Positions 19,604 to 27,304 of a stretch of 64,000 nucleotides of DNA are shown piece after piece (within the stretch, counting starts at the first letter, position 1; each line of letters begins with the position of its first letter). Location of the stretch: the NCBI GenBank assembly GCA_041750285.1, contig JBGSZS010000007.1, forward strand, positions 32,001-96,000, read 5' to 3'. Below the pieces are notes generated by a model. It worked only from the letters and a program-made list of their open reading frames with translations. It did no database searches and was not told the DNA's origin. The position numbers and the translations under genes are program-made. The stretch is from Candidatus Fermentibacteraceae bacterium (lineage in GTDB: Bacteria > Fermentibacterota > Fermentibacteria > Fermentibacterales > JCC-6).

Positions 19604-19754
19604 GGGACGGACTTAGAAAGATTAGATTGTTGGCTTAATCATCTGCTCGATGGTAAGATACATGTTTGAACAGGTCTGTGAAACACGCCAAATGTATCTT
19701 ACTGGAAGCTATAATGTTACGCCAACAATCTAATCTTTCTAAGTCCGTCCCCTA
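19601..19754. repeat. MITE/REPIN-like palindromic element, copy 2
   Basis: Perfect 34-bp inverted repeat TAGGGGACGGACTTAGAAAGATTAGATTGTTGGC (19601-19634 / 19721-19754); inner inverted repeat GTAAGATACAT (19653-19663) / ATGTATCTTAC (19692-19702). Confidence 0.9.
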
Positions 19755-19762
19755 ACACTATT

Positions 19763-19960
19763 CTAGCCGCCGGAGATGAGGTGGATGACATCCACCACGG
19801 CGTTGTCAGGGATCGAAGCGGTGTCGAAAGCGGTTTTCTGGATGACCGTTCCGTTGATCCTGACCACAAGCATTCTGAAAGTGTATCTCTTTGCGGTGAG
19901 AACGTCACGCACGGTCATTCCCTCATGCCACGGAAGCGTGTCTCCGTTCACGGTTATCAT
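19763..19960 (-). CDS. thiS: ThiS/MoaD-family sulfur carrier protein
   Basis: 65 aa, 'MITVNG', 'VVRING', C-terminal GG; GGAGG RBS. Confidence 0.9.
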   Translation of the reverse strand: MITVNGDTLPWHEGMTVRDVLTAKRYTFRMLVVRINGTVIQKTAFDTASIPDNAVVDVIHLISGG

Positions 19961-20058
19961 TCAGACCTCCCTCTGCCGAATATAGCCTTTGGAATAGACC
20001 TGCGAACTCCGGTGTAAACCGTTCGTGGACAAAACTCACACACGAAGGGAGATATGAG

Positions 20059-22335
20059 ATGACGGAGATACTGCTGGCGCTTGCACTGACCGCCTCGACA
20101 CCGGATTACTCGAGGATGGGGGTGCTGGTTGACGGTGACATCGTCGCCGAGCTTCCCCTCGAGCATACTTCGGCAGAGATCACGGTGGGAGGCATCTATC
20201 AGATCGGTGTTGTGAGGCAGGTCTACGGCAATCCCTACGACTCGCCGATCGAGGCCGTATATGTTTTCCCCCTGCCTGAGAACGGCGCAGTGTCCCGGAT
20301 GGACATGTACATTGGGGAAAGGCACATCGAAGGCGACATACACGAGCGCGGCCAGGCACAGAGGATCTATGACGAAGCCATTCAGAGCGGTCAGACCGCG
20401 GCCCTCCTGGAACAGGAAAGACCCAACATCTTCACCCAGACCGTGGGCAACATCCTTCCCGGAGACAGCATTGTCATCGAGATCGAGTACACAGCCCCCG
20501 TCAAGTACGAATCCGGCACATGGGAGCTCTCATTTCCCATGGTCGTCGGCCCCAGGTTCATCCCCGAGGGCGTTCCGGACGCGTCAAGGATAGCGCCGCC
20601 GGTTGTGCCTGAGGGCACACGCGCCGGTTACGACATCGAGCTGTCCGTTCTGCTCGACCCGGGAATGCCGGTGCGCTGGATCGAGTCGGTCAACCATGAG
20701 ATAAACGCCGTGAAACAGGGTGAACTGCCCCTGCTCAGCCTGGCTGCAGGCGAAACCATCCCCAACAGAGACTTCGTGTTAAGATACAGAACGGCGACTG
20801 ACGGCATCGGCTCAGGGTTCGTGGCCCACAACGGCGATCTCGGGGGACACTTCATGCTTCTGCTGGAACCCGACGCTTCCGTGGACGAAGCGCTGATAGC
20901 ACCAAAGGAGATGTTCTTCGTCATCGACTGCTCGGGCTCCATGAGCGGCCAGCCCATGGAGGTTGCAAAAGAGACGGTCACACGTTTCGTGGAGGGTATG
21001 AACCCGGGCGACTCATTCCAGATCATGCGTTTCAGTGAGACCGCAAGCGCCATGAGCCGTCACCCGCTGCCCAACACACCCGAGAACATCAGGGCTGGTG
21101 TTTCGTACATCAACTCCCTCAGCGGGATGGGCGGAACGATGATGATTGAGGGGGTCAGAGCCGCGATAGGTTACCCCGAGGACCCGGAACGGATCCGATA
21201 CATCATTTTCCTCACCGACGGTTATATCGGGAACGAATCGGAAATCCTCGGCGAGCTTCAATCCACGGTGCGGGACAATACCAGGCTGTTCAGCATCGGT
21301 GTGGGCTCCAGCGTCAACCGGTACCTCATCGAAGGACTGGCGCAGGAGGGGATGGGAAGCGCCACTTACGTGGGCTACAATGACGACCCCGAAGTGGCCG
21401 TGTCCGAGATCTACAGGAAGATCAACAACCCCTACCTCGTGGGGATCGAGCTCGACTGGGGAAACCTGGCGGTCACGGACGTTCAGTTCGGCGGAACCAG
21501 AGATCTCTTTGACGGCGAGCCCCTGGTGATAACGGGTCGTTTCGAACGGCCCGGCACCGGGACGGTCAGGGTAACCGGATCGCTCGGCGGCCGTACGTGG
21601 ACCAGGAACATCAGTGTCACACTTCCCAGGAACGGGGAGGGGAATGTCGCCGCGGACCGCCTGTGGGCTTCGCGGAGGCTTGCAGGACTCCGCAGGGAGA
21701 CATACTCTCCCAGCCTCTCTCAGGCTGAGCGTGACGACATCACCGAAAGCATGATCGGGGTCAGCCTCGACTACAGGGTTTTGTGCGAGTACACGGCTTT
21801 TGTAGCCGTGGATTCCGAGAGAAGGGCGGGTTCGGCCGACCCTCTGAGGGTCGATGTTCCGGTCAACATGCCCGTTGGTGTGAGCTATCAGGGGGTGTTC
21901 GGTCAGCCCGCACCGGTGGCGGCCAGTTACTCCATGAACGGGGGAGGCGGAGCCTCAAGAACCCTGGCATGCGGGGAATGCGACACTGAGGAGTCTTACG
22001 GCACCGGCCGTCTCGGCTACAGTGCTCCGGTACCTGTGGTCAGCCTCGTTTCCGTGGGAGATCCCCTTGGTGCGAGACCTTCCGTTTTCAGAGGCGTGAT
22101 GCTGGATCTGGAGGATGAACTCCAGTCCCTTCTGGGAGAGCAGGACACTGGTGTTTCCGGTTCTCTGGTCTTCGAGCTCGAACTGAACTCCGACGGCCGT
22201 GTGACCGGGGTGACGGTCCTGGAGAATACAACGGGCGAGAGGAACATGGAGTTGAAGGCGGTGCAGTGGCTCACCGGGAGGACGATCCCCGGAGCCGGCC
22301 CTGGAACTGCAAGAGTGGAGTTCCAGGTTCAGTAG
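20059..22335 (+). CDS. VIT + vWA domain protein with a C-terminal TonB_C-like domain
   Basis: VIT 'IEAVYVFPLP...LLEQERPNIF'; MIDAS 'IDCSGSMSG', 'LTDG'; C-terminal 'GSLVFELELNSDGRVTGVTV'. Confidence 0.85.
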   Translation: MTEILLALALTASTPDYSRMGVLVDGDIVAELPLEHTSAEITVGGIYQIGVVRQVYGNPYDSPIEAVYVFPLPENGAVSRMDMYIGERHIEGDIHERGQAQRIYDEAIQSGQTAALLEQERPNIFTQTVGNILPGDSIVIEIEYTAPVKYESGTWELSFPMVVGPRFIPEGVPDASRIAPPVVPEGTRAGYDIELSVLLDPGMPVRWIESVNHEINAVKQGELPLLSLAAGETIPNRDFVLRYRTATDGIGSGFVAHNGDLGGHFMLLLEPDASVDEALIAPKEMFFVIDCSGSMSGQPMEVAKETVTRFVEGMNPGDSFQIMRFSETASAMSRHPLPNTPENIRAGVSYINSLSGMGGTMMIEGVRAAIGYPEDPERIRYIIFLTDGYIGNESEILGELQSTVRDNTRLFSIGVGSSVNRYLIEGLAQEGMGSATYVGYNDDPEVAVSEIYRKINNPYLVGIELDWGNLAVTDVQFGGTRDLFDGEPLVITGRFERPGTGTVRVTGSLGGRTWTRNISVTLPRNGEGNVAADRLWASRRLAGLRRETYSPSLSQAERDDITESMIGVSLDYRVLCEYTAFVAVDSERRAGSADPLRVDVPVNMPVGVSYQGVFGQPAPVAASYSMNGGGGASRTLACGECDTEESYGTGRLGYSAPVPVVSLVSVGDPLGARPSVFRGVMLDLEDELQSLLGEQDTGVSGSLVFELELNSDGRVTGVTVLENTTGERNMELKAVQWLTGRTIPGAGPGTARVEFQVQ

Positions 22336-22362
22336 CACCAGTACCAGCGAGTGATACTGATG

Positions 22363-22392
22363 GAGGGGCGGCGCGGCCGCCCCTCTCCCTTT
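22363..22392 (+). terminator. Probable intrinsic terminator
   Basis: Perfect 10-bp stem GAGGGGCGGC-gcg-GCCGCCCCTC followed by a pyrimidine tract. Confidence 0.55.
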
Positions 22393-22537
22393 CGTGAAAA
22401 TCAAGCGAAAAAGGGATCACGGCAGAAGGCTTCGGGTATCCATTCGTGGTGATCCTGTTGTATGTTTCAACTGGATAACGATCTTCGGGCCTTTCCGGCC
22501 TGAGCCGCCCGATCACGCAGAACAGGAGAGCCTTTTC

Positions 22538-24058
22538 ATGAGGATTATCGCGTTGCTGTCAGTTGCCTTTGCTGTTGCAGCCACAGGGTGTTCCCGGTCC
22601 CAGCCCGATGGAAACCAGTGGATCATCGCCTCACCGCATGATACCGTCACGGTATCGGATGCCGCGGCAATCTGGACGTCGCTGGATGATGAGGAGAGAG
22701 CTGGTTTCACCGTTACTGACGATCCCGCGGAAGCCTTCCTCGATGCGCTGTCTGGAAAGGCAGCCGTTGAAAGCTGTGTGGAAGAATCGGGATTGCTCGA
22801 AGATCCTGATCTCAAAGCCATGGCGGAAAGCTGGTTGCGTGTGGAAGCGGCAATGGCGGCACGCGGTCTTATCGCCGACGCGGAAGCAGCATCGGTAACT
22901 GAAAGCGATATTCTGTACTGGAGAGAGAACCAGGGTCTCATGGTCTGGTTCTCCGCTGACAACCCTTGTCCAGAGGGACCGTTCGCCATCGCCGAGCTTC
23001 CCGGCGAACTCAGGGCGACGCTTCAGCAGATGGCTCCGGGTGAGAGCGCATCGCTTGCGGGTTTCGGAGTGGTCACGCTCGATTCCCTGCTGCAGACCCC
23101 GCCCCAGAACGTTGAACAGCCTGACAGTGTCGTGGCCGCGATGATCGCAGGCGAAAGGGAACGCTTCCAGTATCTTCTGGAGTATACCCGCATCATTGAA
23201 GCCGGGGACACGGGGATCAGCCCCGGGTTTGCCAGTCTGAGCGACCTGCCTGCAGATTCCGTCGTGGTGTTCTCCCCCCTGGGGCGGTGGACCCGAAGCC
23301 AGATCGAGGCTGAACTCGCCTTCATCCAGACAAGGTTTCCACAGGTTGAAGCCAGTGCCCAATGGTCGGGCATGATCCTTGAAAACCTGGTCATGCAGAG
23401 CCATTACAGGAACGTTCTGGTATCCGACTACCCTTCCGTTGCCGATTCCCTTCTGGAAGAGTCGCATGCATTCCTCAGAAGTCAGGCCGCCGAACAGCTG
23501 GTCAGGCAGTACCTCGACAGCGCTGTAACGGTTTCCCGGGCCGACATCGAGGAGGAATACTCACTGCTTGCTGAACCGCCCTTAACGGCGGAACTCAGGG
23601 TGTTTGGCATGGCATCTGCGGGTATCACGGAACTGCCGGGCCTTCGTCGTTCGATAGCGGATCGAACCAGTATCGACGGCTTTCCCGGAGTTCCGGAACT
23701 TGCGCTTCCGGAGGGTGACCCGCGGGTCAGCCGCCCCATGACGAGCGCAGAAATGCCCGGGGATGTCGCTGCGGTCCTTTTCGGCATATCCCCTGCGGAC
23801 ACGATCACATGGTTCGGTCCCTTCGAGATCTCTCAGGGGGTGTTCGCCGCCTTCCGGCTTCGGGAGGTGATACCTTCCCGCCCTGCAACCATCGAGGAGA
23901 TCGAAGACCAGCTCATCGGGTCGGCAAGGAGCCGTCTCGAGGCCACGGCAATCGATGTCTTTCTCAATGAACTGCGCCAGAGGTTCCAGGTGGAAGTCAA
24001 TGATGACGTCATGGAGAGGCTTTCCCCCGATCCCGGTCAGTGGGGTTCGCAAAGCTGA
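22538..24058 (+). CDS. Lipoprotein, distant SurA/PrsA (PpiC)-like foldase
   Basis: Lipobox 'AATGC'; 'VTVSRADIEEEY', 'GPFEISQG', 'TIEEIEDQL', 'FLNELRQRFQVEVN' resemble the SurA/PrsA architecture. Confidence 0.55.
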   Translation: MRIIALLSVAFAVAATGCSRSQPDGNQWIIASPHDTVTVSDAAAIWTSLDDEERAGFTVTDDPAEAFLDALSGKAAVESCVEESGLLEDPDLKAMAESWLRVEAAMAARGLIADAEAASVTESDILYWRENQGLMVWFSADNPCPEGPFAIAELPGELRATLQQMAPGESASLAGFGVVTLDSLLQTPPQNVEQPDSVVAAMIAGERERFQYLLEYTRIIEAGDTGISPGFASLSDLPADSVVVFSPLGRWTRSQIEAELAFIQTRFPQVEASAQWSGMILENLVMQSHYRNVLVSDYPSVADSLLEESHAFLRSQAAEQLVRQYLDSAVTVSRADIEEEYSLLAEPPLTAELRVFGMASAGITELPGLRRSIADRTSIDGFPGVPELALPEGDPRVSRPMTSAEMPGDVAAVLFGISPADTITWFGPFEISQGVFAAFRLREVIPSRPATIEEIEDQLIGSARSRLEATAIDVFLNELRQRFQVEVNDDVMERLSPDPGQWGSQS

Positions 24059-24140
24059 CGCGGGACTTGACGCGGCGCATGAAGCGTGATATCTACTCCA
24101 CGTTCCCTTTCAGTTCGACCCTAACCATAAGGAGATTCTC

Positions 24141-24803
24141 ATGAAGTTTGTCGCTATGCTCTCCCTTGTGCTCGCGGGATTTGCATTCGCCAACACCGAT
24201 CTCGGCCATATCAACGCCGAGACCATCGTCCCGGAGATCGCGGGCGAAGACGTGATCTGCTCCCAGGTGTTCGTTTACGCCAACCTCACCAACGGCCTTG
24301 GCTTCAGCTCTCCCAACAGCTGGATGATCGCCGATGACTTCACCTACGCCATGGGCGGATACATCGACTTCATCCAGATCTGGGCGATCTATGCCAGCAG
24401 CAACGCCACCGGCTTCAACATCCAGCTTCGTGCCGACGGCGGCGCCGGCCCGGGCAGCATCGTCAGCAGCCACACCTCCACCGCCTGCACCCACGCCAAC
24501 ACCGGTTACACCCAGTGGGGCTACCCTCTGTGGTACACCGAGATCACCACTCCCGACATCACCTTCACCGCCGGCACGAAGTACTGGATCGCCATGCAGA
24601 CCACCGGTGGCGCTGGCGCCCATTACTGGCTCGCCGCCAACCAGGCCTGGGCCGACATGACCTACTTCAGCGCCAACAACGGCAGCAGCTGGAACAGCAG
24701 CCAGGCCGAGTGGGGAACCGCCTACGAGCAGTTCATGATCCTCAGTGGTGAAGTCAGTGCTCTTACCCGTGACTCCTGGGGCTCGATCAAGTCCCTGTTC
24801 TAG
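24141..24803 (+). CDS. Secreted beta-rich protein with C-terminal 'SWGSIKSLF' motif; probably highly expressed
   Basis: AAGGAG RBS; signal peptide ending AFA; strongly C-ending codon usage; followed by its own terminator. Confidence 0.85.
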   Translation: MKFVAMLSLVLAGFAFANTDLGHINAETIVPEIAGEDVICSQVFVYANLTNGLGFSSPNSWMIADDFTYAMGGYIDFIQIWAIYASSNATGFNIQLRADGGAGPGSIVSSHTSTACTHANTGYTQWGYPLWYTEITTPDITFTAGTKYWIAMQTTGGAGAHYWLAANQAWADMTYFSANNGSSWNSSQAEWGTAYEQFMILSGEVSALTRDSWGSIKSLF

Positions 24804-24826
24804 ACCTTTCTGAACGGGTTCGATTC

Positions 24827-24856
24827 GGGGGAGGCTTCGGCCTCCCCCCTTTCTTT
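24827..24856 (+). terminator. Intrinsic terminator
   Basis: GGGGGAGGC-TTCG-GCCTCCCCC stem with a UUCG loop, then CTTTCTTT. Confidence 0.85.
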
Positions 24857-24858
24857 GT

Positions 24859-25866
24859 ATGCAAACCGGAAACGGAAGGTTCTCAGTGTCTGCCTGGCTT
24901 TTCCTTGTGGGTATACTGGTTCCCGGCCCCGGCATTGATGAATGCATGGAATTCCTTCTCGAAAGGTCGCCGGGGTCAGACTCCCGGGAACCGGGTTGTT
25001 CGGTGCTGCTCGAGAACACTGAGCTTGCTCTCCTGACCAGGGAGCTTCTTCCCTGGGGAAGCGATATCCCGGACAGCATTTTCCTGAGGTACGTGCTTCC
25101 GGCGCGCGTGAGCCAGGAGCCGCTCACCCGATGGAGGCCCGTCTTCATGCAGCACGTGCTGCCATTGGTGCGGGGCGTCACCGACATCGAGGAGGCAGTG
25201 CTCATCGTCTCCGCATGGAGTGATTCCCTGACGGAATACCGCCCCACGCAGCTCAGGGATCAGTCGCCCCTCGTCACCTGGAGTTCCGGTATCGGCAGGT
25301 GCGAAGAACTCACCGTCTTTTTCATGGATGCCCTTCGAAGCGTCGGGATCCCGTGCAGGCAGGCCTATACGCCCTGGTGGCCGACCGTTGACGGCAACCA
25401 TGCATGGCCCGAGGTCTGGACGCCCGGAGGATGGAAGTGTCTGGAACGTGTCAGCACTGAAGGCAGGCTTCCCCAGGAGAACTGGTTCACGGAAAGGGCT
25501 TCGGAGTCTGCCCTGATCCTGGCCATGGTGTGCGATTCGGTTGAAGGTGCGGTCAGGTACAGCTCCGGTGTCTCCTTCCTGCCCGTGACTTCCTCCTACG
25601 CCCGGACGGGTCTGCTGGAGATCGTCGACGACTCGATGGAAGTGTGGGTGAGTGTGTTCAACTACGGAGCCCCAAGGCGCATTCTCAACATTTCCCCTCC
25701 CCTGAGGGAAGTTGAACTTGGAGCGGGTTCCTATCTGCTGACATGGGGATGGCCGGTGCGAACATCCCTCGTTGAGATCTCGCCGGGAGATACGACGATC
25801 TTCCTCCCCGCTGGGGCGGAAGACCCGGCGGCGGAGGCTGTCATGGGAATGGCGGTGGATGAATGA
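24859..25866 (+). CDS. Transglutaminase-like domain protein (catalytic Cys and His present)
   Basis: 'FLRYVLPARVSQE', 'GRCEE...ALRSVGIPCR', 'NHAWPEVW'. Confidence 0.85.
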   Translation: MQTGNGRFSVSAWLFLVGILVPGPGIDECMEFLLERSPGSDSREPGCSVLLENTELALLTRELLPWGSDIPDSIFLRYVLPARVSQEPLTRWRPVFMQHVLPLVRGVTDIEEAVLIVSAWSDSLTEYRPTQLRDQSPLVTWSSGIGRCEELTVFFMDALRSVGIPCRQAYTPWWPTVDGNHAWPEVWTPGGWKCLERVSTEGRLPQENWFTERASESALILAMVCDSVEGAVRYSSGVSFLPVTSSYARTGLLEIVDDSMEVWVSVFNYGAPRRILNISPPLREVELGAGSYLLTWGWPVRTSLVEISPGDTTIFLPAGAEDPAAEAVMGMAVDE

Positions 25867-26864
25867 CCGTGATCATTTGCCTGCTCGGCATGGCCGGAGT
25901 TCTGACTCCCGCAGAGAGGGACAGCCTGCTCGAAGACACCCCCGGCAATACGGCCGTTTGGAGCGAGGCCTTCGACACCCTGACCGGAGACGGGTTGTGG
26001 TGCGGCGAATACCTTTTCGGGAACATTCCCAGGCTGGACAGGCTTGAAATGACAACCGAAACCCTGAACGACCACATAAGGGGAGCCCTCGACCGGAGGA
26101 GCGAATCCGAGGCAGACCTTCCGGACAGCATCTTCCTGACATGCGTTCTGGAGTACAGGGTAGACCAGGAACCGGTGAGCGCGTATCGCGCGTCCCTGCG
26201 GGAGTATTGGATGACCCATCTTTCCGGTGTGGTCTCCGGTCCCCGCGAAACTGCCCGGACGATGGTGAACATTATTGAAGAGGAGATTGAGATCAGGGAG
26301 CAGGGTTATCTTGGAGGAGTCGAACCTCCGCTGCTCGCTCTTTCCACGGGAAACGCAACCCCTGTCGAGTGTACGGTTGTCCTGTGCGCAAGCCTCAGAT
26401 CAATGGGTGTTCCCGCAAGGCAGATCGTGGGCTGGTTCGGCGGAGAAGAGGGCGGAACGCGCAGATGGGTCGAAGTCTACTCATGTGAGTCGGGATGGAT
26501 TCCACTTTCACTTCCATGGGAACCTGTTCCCGATGGTTTTGAAGGTCTTGCGCTTGCGGTCTGGGAAACAACGGGCGAATCCGTTACTTCGAGCCTCACG
26601 GATACGGGGAGGATGATAGTGGTCCCCGCGGAAGAGCCGCCCCCGGGTGAGTGGACAGGCACGGTGAGCATTCCGGTGAAAGGCGGCTTCACTCCGCTTG
26701 ACTGGGCATGGTTCGACCCAGCGGGACCGGACACCATCGAACTGGGCGCGGGAGATTACCTTTTATGCGTGAGTTCCCGGACCGGGGACGGGCAGCTCCG
26801 CATACTCGCCCGTGAAGTGACCCTGGAAGCACACGGAGAGCACCTGCTTCAATTGTTTCCCTGA
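25863..26864 (+). CDS. Transglutaminase-like paralogue, probably inactive
   Basis: 'FLTCVLEYRVDQE', 'SLRSMGVPARQ', 'RRWVEVY'; the G-x-C cysteine and the H of HAW are missing; ATGA overlap. Confidence 0.7.
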   Translation: MTVIICLLGMAGVLTPAERDSLLEDTPGNTAVWSEAFDTLTGDGLWCGEYLFGNIPRLDRLEMTTETLNDHIRGALDRRSESEADLPDSIFLTCVLEYRVDQEPVSAYRASLREYWMTHLSGVVSGPRETARTMVNIIEEEIEIREQGYLGGVEPPLLALSTGNATPVECTVVLCASLRSMGVPARQIVGWFGGEEGGTRRWVEVYSCESGWIPLSLPWEPVPDGFEGLALAVWETTGESVTSSLTDTGRMIVVPAEEPPPGEWTGTVSIPVKGGFTPLDWAWFDPAGPDTIELGAGDYLLCVSSRTGDGQLRILAREVTLEAHGEHLLQLFP

Positions 26865-27199
26865 GCCCTCTCTGCGTCGAGGCGTTCCCTTGCGTCGGGG
26901 CAGTTGTTCAGGATGAAACCGAGGTGTTCGCAGGGGTAATCGGTGCAGACTCCGCAGGACCCCATTTCGCGCCCGATGGCACACTTGCGTATGGGACAGC
27001 CCGAGCTGCACCAGGAGAACAGGATGCCGGTGCTTCTGCAGCCCGTGCAGTTTACGTCAGCCGCGCTTATGCAGGCCTCGTAGGCTTTGGACCATTCGAC
27101 GGCGGTTTTCTCGCGAAGAGCCTGGTCGTCAGTCCTGTGTGCGATGAATGCCGGGCAGCCCCGGCAGTCAAGTCCGCAGAAGGCAATTGTGTTCATCAT
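26849..27199 (-). CDS. DUF3795 cysteine-rich metal-binding protein
   Basis: 'AFCGLDCRGCPAF', 'CTGCR', 'CPIRKCA', 'CGVCTDYPC'. Confidence 0.85.
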   Translation of the reverse strand: MMNTIAFCGLDCRGCPAFIAHRTDDQALREKTAVEWSKAYEACISAADVNCTGCRSTGILFSWCSSGCPIRKCAIGREMGSCGVCTDYPCEHLGFILNNCPDARERLDAERAQGNN

Positions 27200-27220
27200 G
27201 GCCTTTCCGTTGGAGATGAA

Positions 27221-27251
27221 CATGTATACATATGTACACATGCGCTGTCAA
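27221..27251 (-). promoter_or_regulatory. Promoter with an overlapping 22-bp palindromic operator upstream of the DUF3795 gene
   Basis: Minus strand TTGACA (27251-27246), 17 bp, TATACA; near-perfect palindrome CATGTATACATATGTACACATG (27221-27242) covers the -10. Confidence 0.6.
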
Positions 27252-27304
27252 GTCGTGATGCGCGGAAAAGCTTCGGCTGTGATGGATGCCCGCCGTCTGA
27301 CGGA

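Noticed and set aside
17654..19754. The ~34-bp repeats as a CRISPR array or as integron attC sites
   Set aside because: They are paired inverted arms, not direct repeats with spacers; there are no cas or integrase genes and no clear RYYYAAC/GTTRRRY ends.
19961..20058. TPP riboswitch upstream of thiS
   Set aside because: The region is short and lacks the conserved CUGAGA and related TPP motifs on the minus strand.
24816..24826. GGGTTCGATTC, resembling a tRNA T-loop
   Set aside because: No T-stem, cloverleaf or CCA; it abuts an ordinary terminator.
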